Below are positions 1 to 9,757 of a DNA stretch of 64,000 nt, piece by piece. The notes under the pieces are model-generated. The model did not search any database. It was not told the origin of the DNA and worked only from the letters and a program-made list of their open reading frames with translations. The translations under genes and the position numbers were made by a program. Positions within the stretch are counted from its first letter, which is position 1, and each line of letters opens with the position of its first letter. The stretch lies in NCBI GenBank assembly GCA_903885665.1, contig CAISJL010000004.1:40-64039 (forward strand). Reading direction: 5' to 3'. Origin of the DNA: an uncultured beta proteobacterium. Lineage in GTDB: Bacteria; Pseudomonadota; Gammaproteobacteria; Burkholderiales; SG8-41.

Positions 1-1058
1 TGCGGCAACATCAAGACTTTGCCGAAAGGATTGTGATTAAACCAGAGTATGACAGTGCCACTGTTTTCTCTGAAGGGTTTGCTGTGGTGCGCGTTAAGAC
101 AGAGCGCGGAGCGAAATGGGGCTATATCAATAAGCATGGAAAAATGCTGATCGATGCTGTTTTCCAAGGGGCTAATCCTTTTTCTAACGGGTTAGCCGCT
201 GTGCAAGTGGGACGTGGCTCAGAGGCGAAATGGGGTTATATCGATTATTCTGGCCGATTCAAAATACCTTTCAAATTTCTTTCGGCATCTCCCTTTTTGG
301 ATGATGTTGCTAGAGTGCAAGTCGATTTGCCGCAGGGTGCGATGTGGGGCTTTATTAATACGCGTGGCGCCTGGGTGATAGAGCCAAAGTTTCGAGATGC
401 AGGTCAGTTTTCGCAAGGTTTGGCAGCAGTTAGCGTGGCTACTGAAGTAAATGTATACGGGTATATTGATACCCAAGGGAAGTTGCTGATACCTTATCGA
501 TTCGAGCGAGCGGAGCCATTTAGCGAGGGTTTAGCAGCAATACAATTTAATGATGATGCCAAGGGTAAGTGGGGCTTTATTGATCAGTCTGGTCGAATTG
601 CTGTTCACCCGCAATTTGATTTTGCACAAAGTTTTAGTGAGGGACTTGCTGCTGTACGTATTGGTGATTTTGCGTTTAGTAAGTGGGGGTATATTGATCG
701 TTTAGGCGAGATGAAAATCAAACCGCAATTTGACTTGGCAGATAGTTTTTCTGAAGGCCTTGCTGCTGTGCGAGTTGGCGAACCTGATCTCGGTCGTGTT
801 GGATTTATTGACAGGAAAGGTGGATATGTTATTCCTCCACAGTTTGGTGCTGCCGATCGGTTTGTCAGTGATCGAGCGGCAGCCGGGCAAGGCAGTGCAA
901 CTGATGGACGTTGGGGATTTATAGACCGTAAGGGCGCTTGGGTTGTTGAGCCCAAGTTTGGACCCGGCGCGTATGTGATGGGTATGTTTCGTGAGGATCT
1001 TGCGCCTGTGCGAATTGGGAGCCAGTTGTCGGGACGTTGGGGCTTTATTAGTCGTTAA
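1..1058 (+). CDS. WG-repeat (KWG-type beta-propeller repeat) protein, 5' end outside the window
   Basis: About 9 tandem units of the pattern KWGYID..G...I.P.FD.A..FSEGLAAV. The frame stays open upstream of the GTG at 33 to the window edge, and the upstream residues (ERIVIKPEYD) still fit the repeat. Confidence 0.75.
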   Translation, partial: RQHQDFAERIVIKPEYDSATVFSEGFAVVRVKTERGAKWGYINKHGKMLIDAVFQGANPFSNGLAAVQVGRGSEAKWGYIDYSGRFKIPFKFLSASPFLDDVARVQVDLPQGAMWGFINTRGAWVIEPKFRDAGQFSQGLAAVSVATEVNVYGYIDTQGKLLIPYRFERAEPFSEGLAAIQFNDDAKGKWGFIDQSGRIAVHPQFDFAQSFSEGLAAVRIGDFAFSKWGYIDRLGEMKIKPQFDLADSFSEGLAAVRVGEPDLGRVGFIDRKGGYVIPPQFGAADRFVSDRAAAGQGSATDGRWGFIDRKGAWVVEPKFGPGAYVMGMFREDLAPVRIGSQLSGRWGFISR

Positions 1059-1162
1059 TGCCGCCTTAATTGATGTGATGAGGGTTGACGGCGCTAGTAG
1101 TTTTGCATATTGTTGGCCGCAAGCGCTGAACGACTGTCTATGACTTGCTTCGGCATCTCTAA

Positions 1163-1693
1163 TTGCAACAATCTGGGACTCAATCATTGTCAGACACCCT
1201 AGTTATCATCTCTATATATCTGATATTTTTGCTTGGTACTTTGGTCTTTAAGAGTCGGATTATCTCTGGACCTTGGTTGTTTCTATTCCGTAGTTTTTTG
1301 CCGAATTGGCGTTTTTATCATCGCGTTGGCCCATTGCCGCAAATATATGTGCGTTATTGCGCATCACAGATTTGGAATGAATGGCAACTGATTCAACCGC
1401 GCGCAGTTCGCCGTTATGTTGATTTATTTCATAACCCTGATAATAATTTGGCGCTTGCCATGCAAAATTTGGTCGAGCATTTAGCTGCAGATTTGCGCCA
1501 GATTGATAATCCTGAGCACATTAGGACTTTGGTGACTTATCGTTTAGTGTTGCGATTCGCTCGCTTGGCTGCACAAAAGCGGTGTCCGGACTCGACAATA
1601 CAGCAATATCAATTTCAGCTTCGTATGGCACCACCATTCGGAGTAGCTACTCTAGATGCTGTGGTGCTTGAGTCTGCCCCCGTGGATTACTAA
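1163..1693 (+). CDS. hypothetical protein with one N-terminal TM helix
   Basis: 176-aa ORF with a non-ATG start (TTG). It has a hydrophobic N-terminus (LVIISIYLIFLLGTLVF). It ends at TAA 1691-1693, one codon before the next ATG and in the same frame. Confidence 0.45.
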   Translation: MQQSGTQSLSDTLVIISIYLIFLLGTLVFKSRIISGPWLFLFRSFLPNWRFYHRVGPLPQIYVRYCASQIWNEWQLIQPRAVRRYVDLFHNPDNNLALAMQNLVEHLAADLRQIDNPEHIRTLVTYRLVLRFARLAAQKRCPDSTIQQYQFQLRMAPPFGVATLDAVVLESAPVDY

Positions 1694-1696
1694 GCA

Positions 1697-2515
1697 ATGC
1701 TAACGCTCCCCCAGACCCAGTATGCTTTGCAAATATTGCTTGGCATCAGTTTATTGATTCAGACGCTGGAGTTCTGGCGTCTTTCCGAGCCACGATTTGC
1801 CACTGGAGTGTGGAGCTGGCAGATTCAAAAAGATGATTTAGGTCATGCTAGTCCATGGTTGCGGCATTACTTTACGATGATATATGGCGATCGTTTGTGG
1901 CGATTGCATTTGGTATTACGTTTAGGCCTAATTTTGAGTGCGCTGCTATTGGGCTTTAACTTATTGAATGTTGGTTTGTTATTTATGGGCACGCTTTATC
2001 TGTTAATCCGCTGGCGAGGTGCTTTTAATGGCGGTAGTGATTTTATGACCATTGTGGTTTTAACAGGTCTAGTAGTGGTTCAGTTAGCGCAGATCTGGGT
2101 TGATCCCGCTGTCGCTTGGACCGCCGGCTTGTGGTATATCACCATTCACACTATTTCTTCGTATTTTTTATCGGGTGCTGTGAAGTTGTTCTACGATGGT
2201 TGGCGCGATGGTCGAGCAATTATTGCATTTTTAGATGGTGCAATTTACGGACCTTTGGCGGCAGATTCAGTAATGCGTAAACCAGTGGTCGCTGTGATGT
2301 GTTCGTGGGCATTTATTTTATGGGAATGTAGTTTTCCGATGGTGCTGTTGGGTGCTGATTGGGCAGTGGTTTGGTGTGCAATTGCCGTCTTATTTCATTT
2401 TTTGGTATTTTGGTTTTTTGGCTTAAATCGTTTTTTTTGGGCCTGGTGTGTGACTTTCCCAGCAGTCATCTATTGTGCAGGTCAGCTATCACTGGTCTAT
2501 TCTGGGGCGACCTAG
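1697..2515 (+). CDS. polytopic membrane protein, HTTM (vitamin-K-dependent gamma-carboxylase-like) domain candidate
   Basis: 272 aa with multiple TM helices. The segment LLIRWRGAFNGGSDFMTIVVL and the overall layout resemble bacterial HTTM-domain proteins, recalled from memory. It is adjacent to a DCC-family gene. Confidence 0.5.
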   Translation: MLTLPQTQYALQILLGISLLIQTLEFWRLSEPRFATGVWSWQIQKDDLGHASPWLRHYFTMIYGDRLWRLHLVLRLGLILSALLLGFNLLNVGLLFMGTLYLLIRWRGAFNGGSDFMTIVVLTGLVVVQLAQIWVDPAVAWTAGLWYITIHTISSYFLSGAVKLFYDGWRDGRAIIAFLDGAIYGPLAADSVMRKPVVAVMCSWAFILWECSFPMVLLGADWAVVWCAIAVLFHFLVFWFFGLNRFFWAWCVTFPAVIYCAGQLSLVYSGAT

Positions 2516-2854
2516 CAAGCGTAGCAAAATGGTGCGCCCCCAAGTCAGCGGTCTGTACAGTAGACGCGCGATTAAGGGATGTTTAAATACTGTTGCAAAT
2601 AGTCGATTAAACCAGTTGTCTTGGCTGGAGCAGGTGGCAATTAGATGCATTGCTTGCGCGCCGACGTAAATATGTCCGTTATATTGTACCAGCAGTGTTT
2701 GATCCAGTTTGTAACCAGCAGCAATGAATTGTATGATCCTGGAGTCTGTGCTCCGGGCGTCGAGCAACTCGACTACACCGACGGCGCGTTGTAGATGCAC
2801 ACGTTTGGAGAATTGATTACATAAAGGGCAGAGTCCATCGTAGATGATCAGCAT
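2489..2854 (-). CDS. DCC-family (DUF393) thiol-disulfide oxidoreductase
   Basis: The N-terminus MLIIYDGLCPLCN carries the D-x-x-C-x-x-C hallmark. Size is 121 aa. It overlaps the convergent HTTM-like gene by 27 bp. Confidence 0.7.
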   Translation of the reverse strand: MLIIYDGLCPLCNQFSKRVHLQRAVGVVELLDARSTDSRIIQFIAAGYKLDQTLLVQYNGHIYVGAQAMHLIATCSSQDNWFNRLFATVFKHPLIARLLYRPLTWGRTILLRLLGRPRIDQ

Positions 2855-3049
2855 ATGTGCAATTGTCTATGGAATTGGAAATGGAATCAATCGCTTAAGT
2901 TGGTTAGTATGTGGACGCCCAATTGAATAGTGGTGTTATTGAACGGAATGTGAGTCAGAATACATTTCAAATGACAGTGCGACGTTGTGCGTCGGGATGA
3001 TAACCATATAATGTGTATAGAAAATGAATGATCAATAAGGGACATAGGG

Positions 3050-4435
3050 ATGAGCGTAGAGCGAACACTAGCTGATCAATTTGCTGATTTTGTCATTAAT
3101 CAACGATTTGAGGAAATCCCAGAGGTAGTTTTAATGCGGGCAAAGCTTTTGATGCTGGATGCGGTAGGTATTGCCTATGCCTCATCTCAACAGGAGTTTG
3201 CGCAGCGCACACTCAATGCTTTAGCCACTTTTGGTGATGGTGATGGGCGCGTTATTGGGATGCCTGCAAAACTAGCGTTGCGTGATGCAGTATTACTTAA
3301 TGGTTTATTAATTCATGGTCTTGATTATGATGACACCTATTTGCCAGGTTCGGTTCATCTGAGCTCGAGTTGTGCTTCTACTGCGCTGGGTATGGCAGCT
3401 TCAGTGGGTGCCAGCGGTAGGGCATTGTTGGTCGCCTACGTACTAGGCTTAGAGATTGGCGCGCGTCTGGGTGCTGCAGGTAGCGGTGCTTTTTTACGCG
3501 CTGGTTTCCATGCAACGAGTATGGCGGGTACTTTTGCAAGCACATTGATTGCATCGCGTTTGATGGATATGACACGTGCACAAGCAGTGATGGCACAAGG
3601 TGTGGCATTGAGTACAGTCTCGGGCACTATGCAGCCAATGCAAGATGGCTCTTGGACAAAGCGTATGCATCCTGGTTGGTCGGGCGTTTGCGGAATTACT
3701 GCAGCCACGCTCGCAAAGCAAGGTTTTGTGGGGCCGACCGAGCCTTATGAGGGGCGCTTTGGATTGTTTACTTGCTTCTTAGGTGAACATACAGCGCTCG
3801 CGGATTTATCAATGGCGACGAACCGCTTGGCTGAACATTGGGAGTTTCAACGCACGTCGATCAAACTCTACCCTGTCTGTCATCAATCTCATGCTTTTAT
3901 GAATGCGGCAATTAAAATTAGACTTGCCCATGCTATTGACGCCGCTCAGGTGGCTAGTATTCACGTGCTGGTTGCTGCCCCTGCAGTGCCTTTGATTTGT
4001 GAGCCGCTAGCCGAAAAGCGTAGGCCAGATAGTAGTTATGCCGCACAATTTAGTTTGCCCTATAACATTGCTTGTTGCTTGATGCGCGGAAGCTTTGGCA
4101 TGGCGGAGCTTGCGGAGTCCTCTTACGGCAATCCACAAATGCGTGATTTGGCAAGCAAAATGACTTATGCGATAGATCCGAATTCAGGGTTCCCCAAGAC
4201 CCGTAGTGGTGAGGTTTTGGTGACCATGAATAATGGTGAGGTTTATCAATGCAGAGAAGAGATTAATCCAGATGAGCCGGCTGATGCCGAGTCGATTATC
4301 ACTAAGTTTATGGATAACGCTGCAATGGCGATTGCTCCGGCCCGTGCAAAGACTGTGCGTGATTTGATCTTGGGCTTAGAAGAAGTTGCCGACGCACGCG
4401 CAGTCATGCGGCTGTTAAGTGGGGGCTTTGATTAA
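3050..4435 (+). CDS. MmgE/PrpD family protein (2-methylcitrate dehydratase-like)
   Basis: 461 aa with motifs LDAVGIAYAS and HGLDYDDT typical of the family. AGGGA lies upstream of the ATG. Confidence 0.85.
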   Translation: MSVERTLADQFADFVINQRFEEIPEVVLMRAKLLMLDAVGIAYASSQQEFAQRTLNALATFGDGDGRVIGMPAKLALRDAVLLNGLLIHGLDYDDTYLPGSVHLSSSCASTALGMAASVGASGRALLVAYVLGLEIGARLGAAGSGAFLRAGFHATSMAGTFASTLIASRLMDMTRAQAVMAQGVALSTVSGTMQPMQDGSWTKRMHPGWSGVCGITAATLAKQGFVGPTEPYEGRFGLFTCFLGEHTALADLSMATNRLAEHWEFQRTSIKLYPVCHQSHAFMNAAIKIRLAHAIDAAQVASIHVLVAAPAVPLICEPLAEKRRPDSSYAAQFSLPYNIACCLMRGSFGMAELAESSYGNPQMRDLASKMTYAIDPNSGFPKTRSGEVLVTMNNGEVYQCREEINPDEPADAESIITKFMDNAAMAIAPARAKTVRDLILGLEEVADARAVMRLLSGGFD

Positions 4436-4478
4436 CTTACCCTTGTAGTTAACTTACCCCTGTAGTTAGCTTACACCC
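4432..4478. repeat. 17-bp tandem repeat (about 2.7 copies) filling the convergent gap between two stop codons
   Basis: ttaacttacccttgtag / ttaacttacccctgtag / ttagcttacaccc. The last copy is the 3' end of the minus-strand oxidoreductase gene, including its stop codon. Confidence 0.8.
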
Positions 4479-5467
4479 ACTTTTAAAAGTATTTTACCAG
4501 TATGCTGGCCAGACTCCATGAGCGCATGGGCTTTGGCTGCTTCTGCTAAGGGCAATATGGTATGAGTCACAATTTTGATTTGACCATTAGCGATTTTAGG
4601 CCAGACTTGAGCTTCTAATTCACGTGCGATCCGCGTCTTGAAAGCGTCGGGGCGGGTACGCAGGGTGGACCCGGTATAGATGAGTCGTTTCAGCATGACT
4701 GGCATGAGATTGACTTCTACCTTGGAGCCGGAGGCAAACGCGAGCTGAATGATTCGCGCATCGTGATTAGCTGCTTTAAAGTTTTTTTCAACATTAGCGC
4801 CACCAACAATATCTAGAATCACGTTCGCGCCGCCTTCTTTGCGAACTACTTCCACAAAATCTTCGTTGCGGTAGTCGATGACACGATCCGCCCCGAGCTG
4901 GGTGCATATTGCGCAACGCTCTGCGGGGCTATCAGTAGCAATCACTTTTGCGCCAAATGCTTTGCCCAGCTGAATACAGGTAGTGCCTATGCCACCAGCA
5001 CCGCCATGCACTAAAAAAGTTTCGCCTGCAGTGAGCCCTGCGCCGATAAAAACATTGCTCCATACCGTGAAGAATGTTTCAGGTAGCCCCGCAGCATCGG
5101 TGAGGCTAATCCCCTGTGGCACGGTTAAGCAGTGGTTAGCATCAACGGCTACATACTCAGCATAGCCACCACCGTTAGTTAATGCCACCACATGTCCACC
5201 GATCTGCCAGCGCTCAACTTGTTCACCCATAGCCACAATTTCACCAGAGACCTCAAGCCCTGGCAAATCGGATGCCCCAGCAGGTGCTGGATATAGACCT
5301 TTACGTTGCATCAGATCTGGTCCGTTGATACCTGTTGCGGTGACTTTGATCAGCACCTCATGCGCTTTATAGGTCGGCAGGGGGCGGATGGTGGCTTGTA
5401 GTGCTTCGGGGCCGCCAGGACTGCTAATGGCGATGGCATGCATGGTGTTGGGTAAGGATGAGCTCAT
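4466..5467 (-). CDS. NAD(P)H:quinone oxidoreductase (zinc-independent MDR family)
   Basis: 333 aa with nucleotide-binding motif VHGGAGGIGTTCIQL and N-terminal GINGPD. Confidence 0.85.
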   Translation of the reverse strand: MSSSLPNTMHAIAISSPGGPEALQATIRPLPTYKAHEVLIKVTATGINGPDLMQRKGLYPAPAGASDLPGLEVSGEIVAMGEQVERWQIGGHVVALTNGGGYAEYVAVDANHCLTVPQGISLTDAAGLPETFFTVWSNVFIGAGLTAGETFLVHGGAGGIGTTCIQLGKAFGAKVIATDSPAERCAICTQLGADRVIDYRNEDFVEVVRKEGGANVILDIVGGANVEKNFKAANHDARIIQLAFASGSKVEVNLMPVMLKRLIYTGSTLRTRPDAFKTRIARELEAQVWPKIANGQIKIVTHTILPLAEAAKAHALMESGQHTGKILLKVGVS

Positions 5468-5485
5468 AGTCTTCTTTAAGAGAGT

Positions 5486-6112
5486 TTAGGTTGTAGGGGT
5501 GGACGCAATCTGTTGGCGCACAATCGTTGAGCGATCCCACAAATTAGGCGTTTGTGAGTTGGAGTATCCCGACACAAAGGATTTAATCGTGCTGGTGAGT
5601 GGGTCGAATACTTCGCGGGAGACTGCACCAATATTAGCACCGTATATATGCACGCTAATGGAGACTCGATCGGTGAAGGCGTTAGCCACTTCATGAATAT
5701 CGCCAACGTTCGGTGAGACGCAGTCAATCTGACCAGGGCAGAGAGAGTCTGTACTTGTCACAATCATCGCTTCCCCAGGCGTGCCCAGACTATAGCGGCG
5801 GCAGGTCTCAGCGCCACGTAACATGCCAATAAGCCCCCATGTCTGATGGTTATGGACTGGAGTTTTTTGACCCGGCCCCCATACAAAGCTCACCATGGAG
5901 AAGCGCTCTAACGGATCGCAATGGATTAAATATTGTTGGTAATACTGGGGGTGAGGTTGGGCACAGATCTCCGGTAGCCAGTCGTCTTGGGCGACCAAAG
6001 TTTTGAGTAACTCACCGCCTTGCTCCAGCATGGTTGCCTCAGCATCGCCATGGTGCGCGACGAGTTGCGTGAACTCGACAATAAATTGACGTAAGCGATT
6101 GATGTTATGCAT
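5486..6112 (-). CDS. cysteine-dioxygenase-type cupin (thiol dioxygenase, 3-mercaptopropionate-dioxygenase-like)
   Basis: 208 aa with SFVWGPGQKTPVHNHQTWGLIGMLRG and VSISVHIYGANIG, i.e. a 3-His cupin metal site in the bacterial CDO-homologue pattern. Confidence 0.75.
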   Translation of the reverse strand: MHNINRLRQFIVEFTQLVAHHGDAEATMLEQGGELLKTLVAQDDWLPEICAQPHPQYYQQYLIHCDPLERFSMVSFVWGPGQKTPVHNHQTWGLIGMLRGAETCRRYSLGTPGEAMIVTSTDSLCPGQIDCVSPNVGDIHEVANAFTDRVSISVHIYGANIGAVSREVFDPLTSTIKSFVSGYSNSQTPNLWDRSTIVRQQIASTPTT

Positions 6113-7250
6113 GATGAGATTGTAGCTCCTCTAGAATTTCTTGGGTATGAGCGCCTAGCGCGGGTGGTGGGCTACGCACACCTAAGCGTTGCCCAGATAT
6201 TTGTTGCGGTGAGATTACCGTTCTGGTCGCTACTCCATTGGGTAGAATCATCGGCTGGACCCACTGCATATGTTCAACTTGCGGATCAGCAATCACTTGC
6301 GAATAGCTATATAAGGGGGCGCAGGGCACCCCTTGGGTATTCAAGCGCGTCAGTAAATCTTGCGCATCGTATTTTATAAACTCAGCCTCGAGTAATTCGC
6401 GTAAGTCCTCTTGGTGTGAACTACGCGCAGTGGGCGAGGCAAAACGGGGGTCGGCAATTAAATCAGGGCGGTGAATGACCTGACAAGTTGCTTCCCAGAG
6501 TTTGTTGTTTCCTGCAGCTAGTGCAAAATAGCCGTCTTTACAGATAAAGGCAGCATAAGGTGCATTCATGGGATGGGCGGAACCTAGTCGCACCGGATCA
6601 CGATTCATGGCAAAAAGTTCGCTGGTTTGAAGGTTGGCAATGCCTAGCATACTGCCTAGCATAGCAACGTCGATGTAGTCACCTTCGCCGGTAGTGCGCG
6701 CTTTGTGGAGGGCGGCGCTGACACTAAAGGCGGCATACAGACCAGTTGAGAAATCGGCTATGGGGATGCCGCATTTGGCAGGGCGACCATCGCGGTCTCC
6801 AGTGACACTCATGACACCACTCATGGCCTGTACGGTCATATCAAATCCGCCTTCACTGGCTCGTGGACCGCTTTGACCAAAGGCAGAGACTGAGCAGTAA
6901 ATTAATGAAGGTTTTATTTTTTTTAAACTCGGGTAGTCCAAGCTAAACTTGGCCATCACCCCTGGACGAAAGTTCTCTAAGACAATATCAGCGGTGCATG
7001 CAAGTTCTTGAGCCTTTAGGCGAGCGTTCGCATCCTTGAGGTCGAGCACTATTGAGCGTTTATTGCGATTCACCGACGCAAAATACTGGCTGTAGCCGTC
7101 AAGAATTGGGGGCCACTGGCGCATCAGATCTCCTTCTGGCGATTCTACTTTGATGACTTCAGCGCCCATATCTGCTAATAAACAGCCAGCAAAAGGACCT
7201 GCCAATACTTGGCAGAACTCAACGACGCGGATACCAGATAAGGGCAACAT
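6105..7250 (-). CDS. family III CoA-transferase (CaiB/BaiF)
   Basis: 381 aa with N-terminus LSGIRVVEFCQVLAGPFAGCLLADMGAEVIKVE. Its stop overlaps the downstream dioxygenase start by 8 nt. Confidence 0.88.
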   Translation of the reverse strand: MLPLSGIRVVEFCQVLAGPFAGCLLADMGAEVIKVESPEGDLMRQWPPILDGYSQYFASVNRNKRSIVLDLKDANARLKAQELACTADIVLENFRPGVMAKFSLDYPSLKKIKPSLIYCSVSAFGQSGPRASEGGFDMTVQAMSGVMSVTGDRDGRPAKCGIPIADFSTGLYAAFSVSAALHKARTTGEGDYIDVAMLGSMLGIANLQTSELFAMNRDPVRLGSAHPMNAPYAAFICKDGYFALAAGNNKLWEATCQVIHRPDLIADPRFASPTARSSHQEDLRELLEAEFIKYDAQDLLTRLNTQGVPCAPLYSYSQVIADPQVEHMQWVQPMILPNGVATRTVISPQQISGQRLGVRSPPPALGAHTQEILEELQSHHA

Positions 7251-7706
7251 AAGTGCGATGCTTTCGTAATTAAGCTAGGGCTTGGTAGCAGAGGAACGCG
7301 GCCGAGGCGTTATTTGAGGCCTTGGATATCGTAGCATGGCTAGGGGGGCGAATCCCCATACCTGCTCATCGCAAGGTTTATTTCTACGCTTGGGTTGTTA
7401 AACAGTGAGCAATTAAAAACTATATATGTATCAGTAGGTTATAAATAAACTTTAGAAGTTGCGCTGTAAATTGACGGTGTCAGCTGTTGGCGGCTGTCAC
7501 GACTTAGGCTATAAGCTAAGCTCTATGATGCCGGTTTGCTGCAAATAGCAGCGCTTGGGCTTAGATGAGCTGGTGGCCTCGCCATCATGGTGAGTGCCCG
7601 AAGCGGGTCATTAAGTAAGATGACCTCTGGCAACATCGGCAGCGTCCCCAAGTAATCGGTAGAATTTTTTTAATTTAAGTAAGTGATAACTTTTAGATTG
7701 GAGTCG

Positions 7707-8693
7707 ATGATGAAAATTACCGTACTAGATGATTACCAGGATGTGGTGAAGTCCTTAGATTGTTTTAGCAAACTCAAAGGCCATGAGGTTGAGATTTGGA
7801 ACGACCATACTAAAGATGTAGATTTGTTAGCGGAGCGCTTAAAAGATACCGAAGCTTTGGTCATGATTCGAGAGCGCACTCCGATTCGGGCACCACTGAT
7901 TGCACGCCTGCCCAAGCTCAAAATGCTCAGCCACCGTAGCGTGTATCCTCATGTGGATGTTGATGCACTCACCCAACACGGTATTATTTTATGTAGTGAT
8001 ATGCATCCAGACCAACCCTCCTATGCGACAGCTGAGTTAACTTGGGCCTTGGTATTGGCGGCAATGCGTAAGATTCCTCAGGAGGTTGCAGCGCTCAAAG
8101 CGGGGCGTTGGCAGTCTACGGTGGGTTATGGTTTGCGCGGTAAGACTTTAGGAATCTATGGCTACGGTCGGATCGGCCGATTAGTGGCTGCTTATGGCAA
8201 GGCTTTTGGGATGCAAGTGGTCATTTTGGCGCGTGAAGAAGCAATGGCCCGGGCGCGTGCTGACGGGTATGAGACAGCGACTAGTAAAGCCGCTTTCTTT
8301 GAGCAATGCGATGTGATTTCGCTACATTTGCGCTACATTGAGCCCACCCGCGGCATTGTGTCTGCTGCAGATTTGGCGCGTATGAAGCCTACCGCTCTCT
8401 TAGTCAATACCAGTCGTGCTGGTTTGGTGGCGGAGGGTGCGCTAGCTGCTGCATTACAGCTAGGACGGCCCGGGATGGCGGCGGTTGATGTCTATGAGGC
8501 AGAGCCAGTGCTCAATGCAGATCACGCCTTACTACATTTGGATAATGCAGTGTGTACGCCACACCTGGGTTATGTCGAGTATGCTGGCTATGAGAAAATT
8601 TTTGGTGCAATTTTTGATCAAATTATTGCTTATGCCAATGGAAAGCCAGTGAATATTATGAACCCGGAAGCCCTGCAACGGACAATGCACTAA
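7707..8693 (+). CDS. D-isomer-specific 2-hydroxyacid dehydrogenase family protein
   Basis: Contains GKTLGIYGYGRIGRLVA (GxGxxG) and a C-terminal catalytic region. I prefer ATG 7707/7710 (GGAG just upstream) over the GTG at 7683 used by the ORF track. Confidence 0.85.
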   Translation: MMKITVLDDYQDVVKSLDCFSKLKGHEVEIWNDHTKDVDLLAERLKDTEALVMIRERTPIRAPLIARLPKLKMLSHRSVYPHVDVDALTQHGIILCSDMHPDQPSYATAELTWALVLAAMRKIPQEVAALKAGRWQSTVGYGLRGKTLGIYGYGRIGRLVAAYGKAFGMQVVILAREEAMARARADGYETATSKAAFFEQCDVISLHLRYIEPTRGIVSAADLARMKPTALLVNTSRAGLVAEGALAAALQLGRPGMAAVDVYEAEPVLNADHALLHLDNAVCTPHLGYVEYAGYEKIFGAIFDQIIAYANGKPVNIMNPEALQRTMH

Positions 8694-8746
8694 GGTGAAC
8701 TAGGGTATTAAAAGATGATTAACATTGAATGGATAGTGATTGGGGT

Positions 8747-9757
8747 ATGCGTATGATTCAACGTAATAGTTTATCGATGTTGGTGAAATTAATCGTATGT
8801 TCTATCAGTATGTCGGCTGTAATAAGCGCGGGTGCAGCGCAGCCGGCTACTGACGGCGCGTATCCGAATAGACCTGTGCGCTGGATTGTACCGTTCGCGC
8901 CTGGCGCATCCAACGACCTGACGGCGCGCTTGTTTGCTAGCAAGATGTCTGATGCGCTCGGTCAGCAGTTCGTGATTGATAATCGCGGGGGCGCTGGAGG
9001 GTCGATTGGTGCGCAATTGGCAGCCGAAGCTGCGCCTGACGGATATACTTTGCTGCATGCCAATCCAGGCCCTAGTGTTAATAATGTTATCATGCGTCGC
9101 AAATCTCCATATCAAGTGACTGACTTTGCGCCAGTCATGGCTATTGGTTACACCCCATTATGGCTTTTTGCAGCACCTAAGTTTCCTGCGAACAGTGCAC
9201 GTGAGCTATTGGCTTATGCAAAGAGTAATCCCGGTAAGTTAACTTGGGGCTCTTCAGGCAACGGTAGTAGCTTACACATTGGCTTAGCATTATTTGCTGC
9301 GGCAACGGGGTTGGATATTGTGCATGTTCCGTATAAAGGCACTGCGCCAGCGCTCACCGATGTTATGAGCGGTCGCGTCGATGTCATGCATACCACCATA
9401 GTGAGTGCAGAGTCACAAATTAAATCGGGACGTATCAAAGTACTCGCCGTTGCAGCGCCGCAACGCCAAGCGATTATGCCTAATGTACCAACTCTTGCCG
9501 AAGAGGGAATCAAGAATGCAGAGGCAACAGTTTGGTTTGGTGTGCAAGTGGCGGCCAAGACGCCGCGATCGATTGTGAATCTATTAAATATGCACTTGAA
9601 TCGTATTCAACAAACGCCTGAAGTACAGGCTCGTCTTGATCAGTTGGGTTTGGTAAAAATGGGGGGATCGCCCGAGGAGTTTGGACAATTTATTAAAGCG
9701 GAAACAGACAAATTAAAAATGCTGATTAAAACCAAGCGCATCGAGATGATGGATTAA
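8747..9757 (+). CDS. tctC: Bug-family tripartite tricarboxylate transporter substrate-binding protein
   Basis: Signal peptide followed by YPNRPVRWIVPFAPGASNDLTARL and VPYKGTAPALTDVMSGRVD. The start is uncertain (8729 or 8747). Confidence 0.85.
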   Translation: MRMIQRNSLSMLVKLIVCSISMSAVISAGAAQPATDGAYPNRPVRWIVPFAPGASNDLTARLFASKMSDALGQQFVIDNRGGAGGSIGAQLAAEAAPDGYTLLHANPGPSVNNVIMRRKSPYQVTDFAPVMAIGYTPLWLFAAPKFPANSARELLAYAKSNPGKLTWGSSGNGSSLHIGLALFAAATGLDIVHVPYKGTAPALTDVMSGRVDVMHTTIVSAESQIKSGRIKVLAVAAPQRQAIMPNVPTLAEEGIKNAEATVWFGVQVAAKTPRSIVNLLNMHLNRIQQTPEVQARLDQLGLVKMGGSPEEFGQFIKAETDKLKMLIKTKRIEMMD

